DNA of 64,000 nucleotides from Candidatus Omnitrophota bacterium (GTDB taxonomy: Bacteria > Omnitrophota > Gorgyraeia > B26-G9), in contig JAZDHZ010000009.1 in assembly GCA_043805415.1 (NCBI GenBank), forward strand, positions 13,973 through 77,972, read 5' to 3'. The first letter of the stretch is position 1. Each line of letters begins with the position of its first letter. Shown here one piece after another: positions 1-10,184 of the stretch. The translations under genes and the position numbers were made by a program. The notes beneath the pieces are model-generated. The model searched no databases. It saw only the letters and a list, made by a program, of their open reading frames with translations, and was not told the origin of the DNA.

Positions 1-1
1 G

Positions 2-301
2 ATTAATCTAGAGGATAATACAATTATCGTCGGTACGGAGGCAGAGCTTTATAATAAAGGCTGTGTGCTTAAACATACATATTTTGCTCATTCTGATTTT
101 AAAAAACCGAAATTTAATGCTTTGGTAAAAATCCGCTATCATCATAAACCAGCAGCAGCAAAAATAATTCATTTAGCGGATAATAGTTATCAGATTGAAT
201 TTCTAAAACCGCAAAAGTCAATTACCTTAGGCCAAGGTGCGGTTTTTTATGATCAGGACAAAGTAATGGGCGGGGGAATAATAGAGCAAATTTTATACTA
301 G
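2..301 (+). CDS. mnmA: tRNA 2-thiouridylase MnmA, C-terminal part (5' truncated by window)
   Basis: Frame open from base 2; KIRYHH...PQKSITLGQGAVFYDQDKVMGGGII matches the MnmA C-terminal beta-barrel. Confidence 0.9.
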   Translation: MNLEDNTIIVGTEAELYNKGCVLKHTYFAHSDFKKPKFNALVKIRYHHKPAAAKIIHLADNSYQIEFLKPQKSITLGQGAVFYDQDKVMGGGIIEQILY

Positions 302-573
302 AAATGCGATTTTTCTTTTACAACTGGTTTTTCGCCTTGAATAACAATACTATCTTTGGGTAAGGGCTTTACATTTTTCTTTGGCTGCCAGTATAATAAA
401 TCAAATTTCTTTTCATCTTTAATCCATTTGACTCTGTAGTATCCGCCTTTGAGCAGAGGGCATTCAAACTCAAAATTACTATTCATAAACCCGAAGATTA
501 GAATCCCCAGCAGTAAACTTCCGATAAATAATTTAAAAAACCCATTTATATCCATAGCTTTTCCTTGAGTCAA
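298..573 (-). CDS. Small hypothetical membrane protein
   Basis: 91-aa ORF with N-terminal hydrophobic segment, downstream of tRNA-Leu; start may be the internal ATG (MDINGFF). Confidence 0.5.
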   Translation of the reverse strand: MTQGKAMDINGFFKLFIGSLLLGILIFGFMNSNFEFECPLLKGGYYRVKWIKDEKKFDLLYWQPKKNVKPLPKDSIVIQGEKPVVKEKSHF

Positions 574-576
574 TTC

Positions 577-620
577 GCACTATAACTTATGCCACCCTGA
601 GGATAGCATAAGTTAAGTGC
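577..620 (-). terminator. Hairpin downstream of tRNA-Leu (putative terminator or processing stem)
   Basis: TAACTTATGC (583-592) pairs with GCATAAGTTA (606-615); extended by GCAC/GTGC. Confidence 0.5.
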
Positions 621-627
621 TTATTTA

Positions 628-713
628 TGGTACCGAAGGTGGGATTCGAACCCACAAGGCCTTACGACCATCGGTTTTTGAGACCGACGTGTATGCCATT
701 CCACCACTTCGGC
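628..713 (-). tRNA. tRNA-Leu(CAA)
   Basis: Reverse complement GCCGAAGTGGTGGAATGGCATACACG-TCGGT-CTCAAAA-ACCGA, long variable arm, GGTTCGAATCC, CCA end. Confidence 0.95.
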
Positions 714-752
714 ATTATATTATCGAGACAAACCGCGAATATTTGGGTATTA

Positions 753-1268
753 TTATCGGTTCAAAGGAATCTGCAACCGATTAAAAATTTGCTTAGAACG
801 TGGAGCGCCCAAAACAATAGACCATATTATACCTTCTTTTAAACTGCTTTTCAAGTGTAAGGTTTGTTTTTGTCTAAGATTTGAGACAACCGCTGGGATC
901 GAGGGTAATCCTTGTTCTGGTTCTGGGACTTCTTCTAAACCATCAGGCCCCAAAGTTATTTTAATTGAATCAGCAATAAGCTGTTTTTTCTTATTATTTT
1001 GCAAGCGCTTTTTTTTCATATCCAGTTTTTCATCATAATATGATTTTTTAAATTCCCCAAACAAAGCCGGGCTTGGCTGATCAGAAAAAGCGTCTTGTCT
1101 TTCGGGTTGCTGTTCTAGCCTGAGTATAGGCCGCAGTTTATTAGACCGCAGCGGCGTTTTTGGCAAGTTGGGTTTTTGTTCTTGCCTTTGTTCTTGCTTT
1201 TTAGCACTAGAAAGCACCCATACTATCCCGATTATAATATAGAAAATTAATTTAAATAATCCATCCAT
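753..1268 (-). CDS. Hypothetical membrane-anchored protein (YqfB-like position after floA)
   Basis: N-terminal TM helix; C-terminal GIIWSIVLGAPRS motif typical of genes downstream of floA. Confidence 0.7.
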   Translation of the reverse strand: MDGLFKLIFYIIIGIVWVLSSAKKQEQRQEQKPNLPKTPLRSNKLRPILRLEQQPERQDAFSDQPSPALFGEFKKSYYDEKLDMKKKRLQNNKKKQLIADSIKITLGPDGLEEVPEPEQGLPSIPAVVSNLRQKQTLHLKSSLKEGIIWSIVLGAPRSKQIFNRLQIPLNR

Positions 1269-1285
1269 AGTTATTTACCAGTGTA

Positions 1286-2272
1286 TTATTCGTTATTTTT
1301 AGCGTCTTTTTTATCATCCATGCCGCCGATTTTCTCGCGCATTGAGGTATCAGCTTGAATATTCTTAATATTATAGTAATCCATAACCCCTAATTTTCCA
1401 TCACGAAATGCCTGGGCGATTGCTTTTGGAATCTCGGATTCAGCTTCCACGACTTTAGCCCGCATTTCCTGAGTGCGCGCGCTCATTTCCTGTTCTTGAG
1501 CAACAGCCATTGCTCTGCGGGTTTCGGCTTTTGCCTGGGCAACTTTTAAATCCGCTTCAGCCTGGTCAGTCTGCAGTTTTGCCCCGACGTTTCTTCCGAC
1601 ATCAACATCAGCAATATCAATAGAGAGAATTTCAAAAGCTGTGCCGGCATCAAGCCCGCGTTCAAGCACGTTTTTCGAGATTTTATCCGGATTTTCCAGA
1701 ACCGCTTTATATGTAAGAGCTGAACCAATGGTGGTTACAATTCCTTCGCCAACTCGGGCAACTATTGTCTCTTCAGTGGCACCACCGACCAAACGCTCAA
1801 TATTTGCCCGAACAGTAACTCTGGCTCTGGCTCTGACTTCAATTCCGTCTTTAGCAACAGCCGAGAGCAGTCCGGTTTTAGGGCAATCAATAACTTTAGG
1901 ATTAACTGATGTTCTTACAGCATCTAATACATCTCTGCCGGCTAAGTCAATGGCGCAGGCTTTTTCAAATTTAAGTCCCAGGTTTGCTTTATCCGCGGAG
2001 ATCAAGGCTTTTACTACTTTCAGCACATCGCCGCCAGCAAGATAATGCGCTTCCAAGGCATCAGAATTAACTGAAAGCCCGGCTTTGTGCACCATGATAA
2101 TCGAAGGGACGATAACAAAAGGATCGACTTTTCTTAAGCGCATGCCAATCAGGCTAAACAAGGATGTTTTAACCCCGGAAGCAATGGCTGATACCCATAG
2201 ACGGAATGGGATAAAATAAGCGAATAATCCAAAAAAACCGGCAAATAAAATAATCATAATGAACAGCGGCAT
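1286..2272 (-). CDS. floA: Flotillin-like protein FloA (YqfA)
   Basis: [64 protein letters not shown] motifs. Confidence 0.95.
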   Translation of the reverse strand: MPLFIMIILFAGFFGLFAYFIPFRLWVSAIASGVKTSLFSLIGMRLRKVDPFVIVPSIIMVHKAGLSVNSDALEAHYLAGGDVLKVVKALISADKANLGLKFEKACAIDLAGRDVLDAVRTSVNPKVIDCPKTGLLSAVAKDGIEVRARARVTVRANIERLVGGATEETIVARVGEGIVTTIGSALTYKAVLENPDKISKNVLERGLDAGTAFEILSIDIADVDVGRNVGAKLQTDQAEADLKVAQAKAETRRAMAVAQEQEMSARTQEMRAKVVEAESEIPKAIAQAFRDGKLGVMDYYNIKNIQADTSMREKIGGMDDKKDAKNNE

Positions 2273-2297
2273 AATAACCCCCTTTATTAGTTATGGT

Positions 2298-2786
2298 TTA
2301 AGTTTTTTGTTTTATTTCTTGGACAACGATTTTATTGTCATCAACATTAAGCACAATAATATTTTTATTTTTTTCGATAAATTCACAATCGCTTATAGCA
2401 TCATAATGTTTATCATCAATTATAATAGTTCCGCTGGGCCGGAGCATGGTTAAAGTAATGCCGGTTTTATTTTTCAGTTGCGCTGTATCATCAGAGCCGA
2501 CATGATAACCTTGACTTTTGCCTTCACTGTGCGAAAGCATGGTTTTTTTCCAAAAACCCGATTTAGGCAGAAGCTTGAACAAAGTAATAAACAGCACAAT
2601 GCTAATCAGGCATACCACGACTCCGATTAGCGGGCTTAAGCTGGTAAAAGCCGTATAACCCGCCGCGATTAAAGCCATAATTCCCAGTATGCCCGGCAAG
2701 CCAAAACCAGGAATAATGGCTACTTCAATAAAAAGCAAAATAAATCCAATAACAAATAACGTGATAATATTAAGCCAAATCGGCAT
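2298..2786 (-). CDS. Short NfeD-family membrane protein (OB-fold C-terminus)
   Basis: IPGFGLPGILG TM region followed by TMLRPSG...DAISDCEFI. Confidence 0.85.
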   Translation of the reverse strand: MPIWLNIITLFVIGFILLFIEVAIIPGFGLPGILGIMALIAAGYTAFTSLSPLIGVVVCLISIVLFITLFKLLPKSGFWKKTMLSHSEGKSQGYHVGSDDTAQLKNKTGITLTMLRPSGTIIIDDKHYDAISDCEFIEKNKNIIVLNVDDNKIVVQEIKQKT

Positions 2787-4308
2787 TTATCGTCTCCTTT
2801 TTTTGCTCCACAAAAACCTTGTTGCCTTGGATTCTAACCACAATGATTGGTTTATCTTTAGGAATAAACTCGCCTTGAGTGGTAACGTCAATGCTGTCCT
2901 GATCAAATAAAGCCCTACCGCTAGGCCGGAGCATTGTTTTGGATATGCCTATTGTACCAATACTAATTTTTTCTGGCAAGGATTTTGTCTGAAATCCCAA
3001 CTCATTTGTTTCTCTTGCCAGTAATTGAATTTTTTTAAAGATACTTGTTTTAGGCAAATACCTGATTCCAATTATTGCTACGAAAAAGGTGATGATAAAA
3101 GCTTTAGCCAAAGTATAAAACGCGTTAGAAAATTCAAGTGAAGGGAAGACAAAGGGATGTTTTACCAGCATAAGCACAAGGCCGATAAATATAAACAATA
3201 TCCCGAGAATCCCTGTGAGTCCAAAACCCGGAATATAAAAAACTTCAATAAATAGTAAAACTATTCCCAGGCTGAAAATTCCCATATCAACAAAATCAGC
3301 TAGTCCGACAAGATAGTGACCCCAAAAAAACAAGACAATAAAAATTGCTCCCAGCGTACCGCTGACGCCCCAGCCCGGCATTTTCAGCTCAAATAAAAGG
3401 CCTAAAAACCCTAAGCTTAAAAGCAATGGACTGATGATCGGATGAGTTAAAAACCGGACGAGATTTTCCGACCAAGTCGGATTAACGGTAAATATCTCAA
3501 GCTGAATATTTTTATTATCAGAGAGTTTTGTTTTTAAATATTTAAAAAAATCCTCCTGGGAAGCTAATGTTTGACTGCTTAGTTTTAGTTCAAGCGCTTC
3601 ATTGGCCGTAAGGTTTAAAAGTTCTTTTTTAGCGCAGATGATTTTTTCATTTAAAATCTGGGTTTTGGGATTTTTTGCTTTTAATTCATCAAGTTCAGCG
3701 CGGGTAAGGATAAGCGTCTGATTATTAAACTCAACCCGCACCAGTTCAATATTCATATCAACCATTGCTTGGGCAAGATTAGGTGAATGTCCATTTGCTT
3801 CGGCAGTTGACTTGAATCCGGCACGCAGAGCAGATATAAGTTTTTCATCAGTAGCTTCCGGACTGGTCGGAATTCCCATAATTCTTGGTTCAGCTGAACC
3901 AATCGATGCCCCGGATTGCATGGTGATATCTTTACAGGCTAAAGCAATCAAGGCTCCCGCGCTCCAGGCCGAATGACTGATATAAGCAAATGTAGGAATA
4001 GGCGCAAAATTAGCAATAGTAGTAACCATTTCATCAGCAGCATCAACTCGGCCGCCGTAAGTGTTAATATCTAAAACAACCGCATCAACTTCTTTTTCTT
4101 TAGCTTGTACAGCCGCGCGTTTTACAAAAGCAGAAAGCCCTAGATCAATTGTTCCGGAAATGGGAATAAGATAAATCCTTTTTTGCTGGATTGATATTTT
4201 TTCCTGTTCAGGCGGATTAGAAGCAGCTTGGGTTAATGAATATGCTAGGCAGCTAAAGCCGAGGATTACGCTTATTAAAAGACAAAGGATTAAGATGTTT
4301 TTTTTCAT
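2770..4308 (-). CDS. nfeD: Long NfeD-family membrane-bound serine protease (ClpP-like, TM and OB domains)
   Basis: INTYGGRVDAA, AWSAGALIALA, IGSAEP, C-terminal LRPSG; ATG at 4308 after AAGGAG (the longer ORF runs into the tRNA). Confidence 0.9.
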   Translation of the reverse strand: MKKNILILCLLISVILGFSCLAYSLTQAASNPPEQEKISIQQKRIYLIPISGTIDLGLSAFVKRAAVQAKEKEVDAVVLDINTYGGRVDAADEMVTTIANFAPIPTFAYISHSAWSAGALIALACKDITMQSGASIGSAEPRIMGIPTSPEATDEKLISALRAGFKSTAEANGHSPNLAQAMVDMNIELVRVEFNNQTLILTRAELDELKAKNPKTQILNEKIICAKKELLNLTANEALELKLSSQTLASQEDFFKYLKTKLSDNKNIQLEIFTVNPTWSENLVRFLTHPIISPLLLSLGFLGLLFELKMPGWGVSGTLGAIFIVLFFWGHYLVGLADFVDMGIFSLGIVLLFIEVFYIPGFGLTGILGILFIFIGLVLMLVKHPFVFPSLEFSNAFYTLAKAFIITFFVAIIGIRYLPKTSIFKKIQLLARETNELGFQTKSLPEKISIGTIGISKTMLRPSGRALFDQDSIDVTTQGEFIPKDKPIIVVRIQGNKVFVEQKKETINADLA

Positions 4309-4349
4309 GCTCGCTCCTTTATATGTATATGCATATTTAAGAGTAAATT

Positions 4350-4425
4350 TGGTGGAGCTGGAGGGATTCGAACCCTCGACCAACAGACTGCCAGTCTGCT
4401 ACGCTCCCAGCTGCGCTACAGCCCC
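4350..4425 (-). tRNA. tRNA-Ala(GGC)
   Basis: Reverse complement GGGGCTGTAGCGCAGCTGGGAGCGTA-GCAGA-CTGGCAG-TCTGT...GGTTCGAATCC...CTCCACCA; G3:U70 present. Confidence 0.95.
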
Positions 4426-4649
4426 ACAAAATCTTTATAACTATAAAACGCGAATAATTATTTCTTTAAAACTGTTCAAAGTTTAACAAAAATAAGCTTT
4501 GCTGTCAATTGTCTTATATAATTGGATAATTTGCTTTTGGTTTATTGTCCAAAAATCACCTTGCTCAAAAACCCCAGCCTATGTTAAAATAAATAACACT
4601 ATTATTTTGATTAATAAACTAATATTCGATTAGAAGGGATATTTTGCTA

Positions 4650-7121
4650 ATGAGTAATTATGATTTTACGAAAATAGAAGATAAATGGCAGACTTATTGG
4701 CAGGAAAACAATGTTTTTTCCTCTTTAGTTGATGAACATAAACCAAAATACTATGTTCTGGAAATGTTTCCTTATCCATCCGGACGGATTCATATGGGCC
4801 ATGTGCGCAATTATACAATTGGCGATGTGATTGCCCGCTATCGCATGCAGGCCGGGTATAATGTGCTGCATCCGATTGGGTTTGATGCTTTTGGTCAGCC
4901 CGCGGAAAACGCGGCGATAAAACATAATACTGATCCTAAAGAGTGGACGGAAAAATGCATTAGCTGGATGGTCAAAGAATTAAAGCGCATGGGTTTTTCT
5001 TATGATTGGCAGCGGGAACTTTCTACTCACCGCGAAGAGTATTATCGCTGGAACCAGTGGATTTTTCTTAAGATGCTGGAAAAAGGTTTGGCCTATAAAA
5101 AAGCTTCCAGTGTTAACTGGTGTTCATCCTGTGAAACAACTTTGGCTAATGAAGAAGTGGTTAATGGCGGGTGCTGGCGCTGTAAAACCGAGATTATTCA
5201 AAAAGATTTGAATCAGTGGTATTTAAAAATCACTGATTTTCAGAATGATTTGCTGGAAGATCTGCAAAAGCTGGAAAACTGGCCGGAACGGGTAATTACC
5301 ATGCAGAAAAACTGGATTGGTAAAAGCTTTGGCGTGGAAATTTTATTCAAAGAATTTGAGACAAAAAAAGAAATACCGGTTTTTACCACGCGGCAGGATA
5401 CAATCTTCGGCGCTACCTATGTGGTGGTTGCTCCAGAACATCCGATATTAAAGCAAATCATTAAAGGCAAGCAGCAGGAACAGCAAGTCTTGGATTTTAT
5501 TGAAACTACAAGCAAAAAAAGTAAAGTTATTCGCGTTTCCACTGATTTAAAAAAAGAAGGCGTGTTTACCGGAGCTTACGCGATCAATCCGGTTAATAAT
5601 GAAAAAATTCCGATCTGGACGGCTGACTATGTATTAATGGAATACGGCACTGGCGCGATAATGGCTGTGCCCACGCATGATCAGCGCGATTTTTTATTTG
5701 CCAAAGATCATGATCTTCCAATGCGGATAGTTATCAGTAATCCGGAAAACCCGGAGCTTACTGCGCCTGATTTAAATCAGGCTTATGAAGATCCGGGGAT
5801 ATTGGTTAATTCCGCGCAGTTTAATGGCTTGGACAATGAAGCGGCCAAAGCGAAAATCTCCGATTGGATGGAGCAAGAGAAAATCGGCAAAAGAACAATA
5901 TTTTTTCGTTTGCGCGATTGGCTGATATCTCGGCAGCGCTATTGGGGAACTCCGATCCCTGTGATTTATTGCGATAAATGCGGTGTGGTGTCAGTGCCGG
6001 AAAAAGATCTGCCAGTTGCTTTGCCGGAGAAAATCGCGATTACCGGAGAAGGCGGCAGTCCTTTATTAAAAGTTAAAGAATTTGTTAATGTGAATTGTCC
6101 GAAATGCAATGCCCCGGCTCAGCGGGAAACCGATACCATGGCCACGTTTATTGATTCTTCCTGGTATTTTTTGCGTTTCTGTTCGCCGCGCAATGATCAG
6201 GCTGCTTTTGATAAAACCCAAGCTAATTACTGGATGCGGGTTGATCAGTATATTGGCGGTATTGAGCACGCGGTATTGCATTTGCTTTATTCCCGATTTT
6301 TCACCAAGTTTTTACACAGTATCGGCATGGTTGATTTTAAAGAGCCGTTTGATAAATTACTTACCCAGGGCATGGTGTTAAAAGACGGGGAAGTAATGTC
6401 TAAATCCAAAGGCAATGTTGTTGATCCGGATGAGATAATCAAACAATTTGGGGCAGATTCTTTGCGCGTGTGTATTTTGTTTGCCGCGCCGCCGGAAGCG
6501 GAATTTGACTGGAATGAACGCGGTATGGACGGAGCCTGGAGATTTTTAAACCGAGTTTGGAATTTAGCCCAAGACTTGATCGCTTTAAAGCAATCAGCGA
6601 CAAAACAACAAAGTTTATTTTTTGAAAAAGAAGTGGAATTTAAAACCCATAGCGCGATTAAAAAAATCAGTCATGAAATGCGGGGCGGGTTTAAATTTAA
6701 TACCGCGATTAGCGCGATGATGGAATTAACCAATACGCTTGTTCCGGCAATGAAACAAGCGCAGGAGGCAAATGTTCTAAGCCCTGTGCTGGAAGACGCG
6801 ATTACAAAACTAATTATTACGATCTCTCCGATTACTCCTCATATGTGCGAAGAAATCTGGCAAGCGCTGGGTAATGATACTTCAATTGTAAAAGCTGCTT
6901 GGCCAAAATTTGATCCCAAGAAATTAGAATTGGATCAGATTGAGATTGTGCTGCAAATCAATAGCAAAGTCCGCTCCCGACTGACTGTAGACGCAGCAAT
7001 TACTGAACAAGAGCTTAAGCTGAAAGCTGAACAGGATCCGGTAATTCAGAAATGGATTGAAGGAAAGCCGATTAAGAAAATTATTATAATTAAAGGAAAA
7101 CTAGTAAACATTATTATATAA
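4650..7121 (+). CDS. leuS: Leucine--tRNA ligase
   Basis: [17 protein letters not shown] (HIGH), VMSKSKGN (KMSKS), [11 protein letters not shown]. Confidence 0.98.
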   Translation: MSNYDFTKIEDKWQTYWQENNVFSSLVDEHKPKYYVLEMFPYPSGRIHMGHVRNYTIGDVIARYRMQAGYNVLHPIGFDAFGQPAENAAIKHNTDPKEWTEKCISWMVKELKRMGFSYDWQRELSTHREEYYRWNQWIFLKMLEKGLAYKKASSVNWCSSCETTLANEEVVNGGCWRCKTEIIQKDLNQWYLKITDFQNDLLEDLQKLENWPERVITMQKNWIGKSFGVEILFKEFETKKEIPVFTTRQDTIFGATYVVVAPEHPILKQIIKGKQQEQQVLDFIETTSKKSKVIRVSTDLKKEGVFTGAYAINPVNNEKIPIWTADYVLMEYGTGAIMAVPTHDQRDFLFAKDHDLPMRIVISNPENPELTAPDLNQAYEDPGILVNSAQFNGLDNEAAKAKISDWMEQEKIGKRTIFFRLRDWLISRQRYWGTPIPVIYCDKCGVVSVPEKDLPVALPEKIAITGEGGSPLLKVKEFVNVNCPKCNAPAQRETDTMATFIDSSWYFLRFCSPRNDQAAFDKTQANYWMRVDQYIGGIEHAVLHLLYSRFFTKFLHSIGMVDFKEPFDKLLTQGMVLKDGEVMSKSKGNVVDPDEIIKQFGADSLRVCILFAAPPEAEFDWNERGMDGAWRFLNRVWNLAQDLIALKQSATKQQSLFFEKEVEFKTHSAIKKISHEMRGGFKFNTAISAMMELTNTLVPAMKQAQEANVLSPVLEDAITKLIITISPITPHMCEEIWQALGNDTSIVKAAWPKFDPKKLELDQIEIVLQINSKVRSRLTVDAAITEQELKLKAEQDPVIQKWIEGKPIKKIIIIKGKLVNIII

Positions 7122-7318
7122 GGGGACACAATACTTAATTTATTTTTTTATGCAAGAAAATTATGACCAGCAAATAAGAAAGCATGTTAGGAAAGGCCGT
7201 GGCTGTCAGGTGGGGAACGGTTTGTGAAATAACTGAAAAATTCTTAATATTTACATGGTTAAATAAAAGCCAGGAAGAAAAAATATATTTAACAAATAAT
7301 TAAGTATTGTGTCCCCTT
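7120..7318. mobile_element. MITE-like remnant with 21-bp perfect terminal inverted repeats and a degraded tyrosine-transposase C-terminus
   Basis: AAGGGGACACAATACTTAATT (7120-7140) / AATTAAGTATTGTGTCCCCTT (7298-7318); interior fragments translate IRKHVRKGR, GERFVK*, KPGRK. Confidence 0.7.
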
Positions 7319-7348
7319 TATCCCGATATTTTTAAAAAGCTGGAAAAA

Positions 7349-7696
7349 ATGCATGATTCTGCTCTAGAAGAAAAAAAAGTAATTCTAGTTATCTTGGCTT
7401 TGCTGATTTTAGCAGTTTTGCTTGGCGGAATAAAACATTATTATCCGCAGACTGCTAATCCGCTTATTTATATCCAACCCAATGAGCTTTTATCAAAACA
7501 AGAATTGATCAGAATCAATATTGCTTCAAGCGCGGAGCTTGTAGAATTATCGGGAATTGGTCAAGTAATTGCCGAACGGATTATTGATTACCGCGAGCAT
7601 AATGGTCCTTTTAAATCTAAAAATGAATTACTGAAAGTTAAAGGAATCGGAATCAATAAGCTCGAAAAAATAAAAAATCAGATAAGTTTGGAATAG
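7349..7696 (+). CDS. comEA: ComEA-family helix-hairpin-helix DNA-binding protein
   Basis: TM segment, then ININIASSAELVELSGIG...AERIIDYREHNGPF...LLKVKGIG. Confidence 0.9.
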   Translation: MHDSALEEKKVILVILALLILAVLLGGIKHYYPQTANPLIYIQPNELLSKQELIRINIASSAELVELSGIGQVIAERIIDYREHNGPFKSKNELLKVKGIGINKLEKIKNQISLE

Positions 7697-7811
7697 AAAA
7701 CCAATTTATAGCGTATAGCGGTTAGGAAAACAAAAACAGGGACACAAAAAGTCACCAGGACACAATGTCACAATCTAGTAGTGATTAGTTATGAGAGAGG
7801 AGCTTGTTACA

Positions 7812-7935
7812 GGCAAAAACACATCTTTTCGCTAAGCCTGAGCCTGCATCGTGCAGGCCCAGCCGCGCGTTCTCACTATTTTGACATCCCTGTCAAAATT
7901 ACGTTCGAAAGCGCCGCTCAAAGAGAATTTTTGCC
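7812..7935. repeat. REP-like multi-hairpin palindromic element
   Basis: Outer GGCAAAAA/TTTTTGCC; hairpins GCCTGCAtcgTGCAGGC and ATTTTGACAtcccTGTCAAAAT. Confidence 0.55.
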
Positions 7936-8008
7936 AACACATTGACTATTGTGACGTTTTGCATTTGTACGCGATACGCACGACGCAATACTAAAAATAA
8001 GAAAAATC

Positions 8009-9517
8009 ATGCTTAAACGACCACTTATTTTAATTTGCCTAGCATTTATTTTCGGTATTTTCGCAAGCTCTATCGTTCAGCTTAATTTTTTATGCAGTTA
8101 TGGATGCTTGGTTTTTTTCTATTTGGCCGCAGTTTTGGCTGCGCGCAAGAAAGTTTTGTTTTTTGTTTTCCTTAGCTTAAGCTGTTTTTATCTTGGTTAC
8201 TCGCATTATCCTGATCAGCATACTCTTCCCCAAAATCACGTCAGCAATTTTACTCCTTATAAAGGTGAATTTGTTCAGGTGAGTGGCGCGGTCTTTTCGG
8301 AAGTGGCGCGGAAAAAAAAGTATCAGTGTTTTAATATTAAGATTTCTAAATTGATTAAAGATAACCAAATATATTTGGTCCAGGGGAATGTTCAGGTTAA
8401 ACTTTTTCGTGAGGTTGTAGTCGAATACGGACAAGAGCTAGTTTTAAGCGGCAAATTATATAAGCCTTATAAGTCTCTAAATAGTAAATTTGACTCTAAG
8501 CAGTATTTGGCTCATAAAGGAATATATTCTATTTTAAGTGTCGGTAAAAACGGAAAAGTTAAATACACTGGCCGAAATTTAGGTAATCCGCTTAAGCGCA
8601 TGATGTTGAGCTTGCGCCAGAAACAAGCGCAGCTGATTGATAGGCATCTTTCCCCTAATGCCGCGGGGATTATGAAAGCCATGCTTTTAGGCGAGCGCTC
8701 TAACGCGCCGCAGTTTTTTAATCAGGCACTTCAAAGAACCGGTACAGTGCATATTCTCGCGGTTTCCGGTCTGCATACCGGAATTATTATTTTTATTGTT
8801 TTAATCCTGCTTAAGATTATTAAAGTGCCGTATCGTCTCCGCTATTGCTTAGCGATATTATTCATATTTTTTTACTGTATTTTAACCGGAGGGAGGATAT
8901 CAGTAATTAGATCAACTATAATGGCTGTTGTTTTTTTAGCTAGTTTTATAATTGATCGCGATTATGATGCTTATAGTGCTTTAGCGCTTTCGGCACTGAT
9001 TATTTTATGGTTTATTCCTGGCCAAGCTTTTGAAATAGGCTTTCAGTTGTCATTTGCCAGTGTTTTGGCAATCATTTTGTTCTATAATCAAGCAGCATCT
9101 TGGTTCCCCAACCTGAACATTAAACCCTGGCAAAAAAATTTACTTTCCGGTTTAGGAGTTTCTTTGTGCGCCTGGACAGGAACTTTAGGATTAGTGGCTT
9201 ATTATTTTTCGATCATCAGCCCAATTTCCGTATTGGCAAATTTGTTTATCGTGCCTTTATTATCCTTGGTGATTGCCAGCGGACTGCTGTTTATTAGTCT
9301 CGGAGCTTTGATTCCCGGGCTTAGTCCTGTTCTGGCTTTAAATTGTGAGTTTTTTATTTCCTTGATTTATCGTATTGCTAATTTCCTGGCAAGCTTGCCA
9401 GGAGCATATTTTGAGTTTTCCCCGATCCAGCTAATTTATGTATTTTTATATTATCTGGTTTTAATCGCAGTGTTCTCGGCTAAGGAGATAAACGGTTTGG
9501 TTAAAAAGTTGTTTTAA
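8009..9517 (+). CDS. comEC: ComEC/Rec2 competence channel (no C-terminal metallo-beta-lactamase domain)
   Basis: GTVHILAVSGLH, SVIRSTIM, IGFQLSFASV, ANLFIVP motifs. Confidence 0.93.
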   Translation: MLKRPLILICLAFIFGIFASSIVQLNFLCSYGCLVFFYLAAVLAARKKVLFFVFLSLSCFYLGYSHYPDQHTLPQNHVSNFTPYKGEFVQVSGAVFSEVARKKKYQCFNIKISKLIKDNQIYLVQGNVQVKLFREVVVEYGQELVLSGKLYKPYKSLNSKFDSKQYLAHKGIYSILSVGKNGKVKYTGRNLGNPLKRMMLSLRQKQAQLIDRHLSPNAAGIMKAMLLGERSNAPQFFNQALQRTGTVHILAVSGLHTGIIIFIVLILLKIIKVPYRLRYCLAILFIFFYCILTGGRISVIRSTIMAVVFLASFIIDRDYDAYSALALSALIILWFIPGQAFEIGFQLSFASVLAIILFYNQAASWFPNLNIKPWQKNLLSGLGVSLCAWTGTLGLVAYYFSIISPISVLANLFIVPLLSLVIASGLLFISLGALIPGLSPVLALNCEFFISLIYRIANFLASLPGAYFEFSPIQLIYVFLYYLVLIAVFSAKEINGLVKKLF

Positions 9518-9566
9518 GCGGGTTTTTCCCGGATAAGCAGGTTTTACGGGCTGGGATATAACTGGT

Positions 9567-9595
9567 TTGACAACCATAGTTTGTTGATATATAAT
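9567..9595 (+). promoter_or_regulatory. Sigma70-type promoter for the gmhB...truA block
   Basis: TTGACA-17 nt-TATAAT, perfect consensus. Confidence 0.75.
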
Positions 9596-9619
9596 ATCAA
9601 GTTCAAGTATGGGGTGGAA

Positions 9620-10177
9620 ATGATTATGGAAAAAATTATATTTATCGACAGAGACGGGGTTATTAACCGTGGGAAAGATAATGGTTATATTACCTGTTGG
9701 GAAGAATTTGAGTTTCTGCCCGGAGTTTTTGGAGCACTTAAAAAACTTACTCAAGCTGATTTTAAAATAATCATTATTTCTAATCAGCAAGGCGTTGGCA
9801 AAAGGTTGTTTTCTACGCAAAGTTTAGCTGATTTGACTGAGCGGATGCTGGAGCGGATTAAGCGCAATGAAGGAAAGATTTGGTCAATTCACTATTGTAC
9901 GCACCTTGCTGAAGATAATTGTGCTTGCCGCAAACCAAAACAGGGTTTGTTTAGACAGGCAGTAGTGAGAATGATGGTGGATTTTAGCCAGACATATATG
10001 ATTGGTGATACGGAAAAAGATGTGCAAGCAGCTAAGAATATGGGGCTAAAGACGATTCTTGTGCTTAGCGGTAATACTAAGAAAAAAGAAGCAGTAGGCA
10101 ATTTTGTATATCGGCCGGATTTTATCGCGGAAGATTTAGCCGCGGCGGTTGATGATATAGTATTAAAAACGGAGTGA
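9620..10177 (+). CDS. gmhB: D-glycero-D-manno-heptose 1,7-bisphosphate phosphatase (HAD IIIA)
   Basis: FIDRDGVIN, SNQQG, CTHLAEDNCACRKP, MIGD motifs. Confidence 0.85.
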   Translation: MIMEKIIFIDRDGVINRGKDNGYITCWEEFEFLPGVFGALKKLTQADFKIIIISNQQGVGKRLFSTQSLADLTERMLERIKRNEGKIWSIHYCTHLAEDNCACRKPKQGLFRQAVVRMMVDFSQTYMIGDTEKDVQAAKNMGLKTILVLSGNTKKKEAVGNFVYRPDFIAEDLAAAVDDIVLKTE

Positions 10178-10184
10178 TAATATT

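Noticed and set aside
627-842. ORFs 627-842, 4295-4486 and the 5' extension of nfeD to 4383
   Set aside because: They overlap tRNA genes and are translation artefacts.
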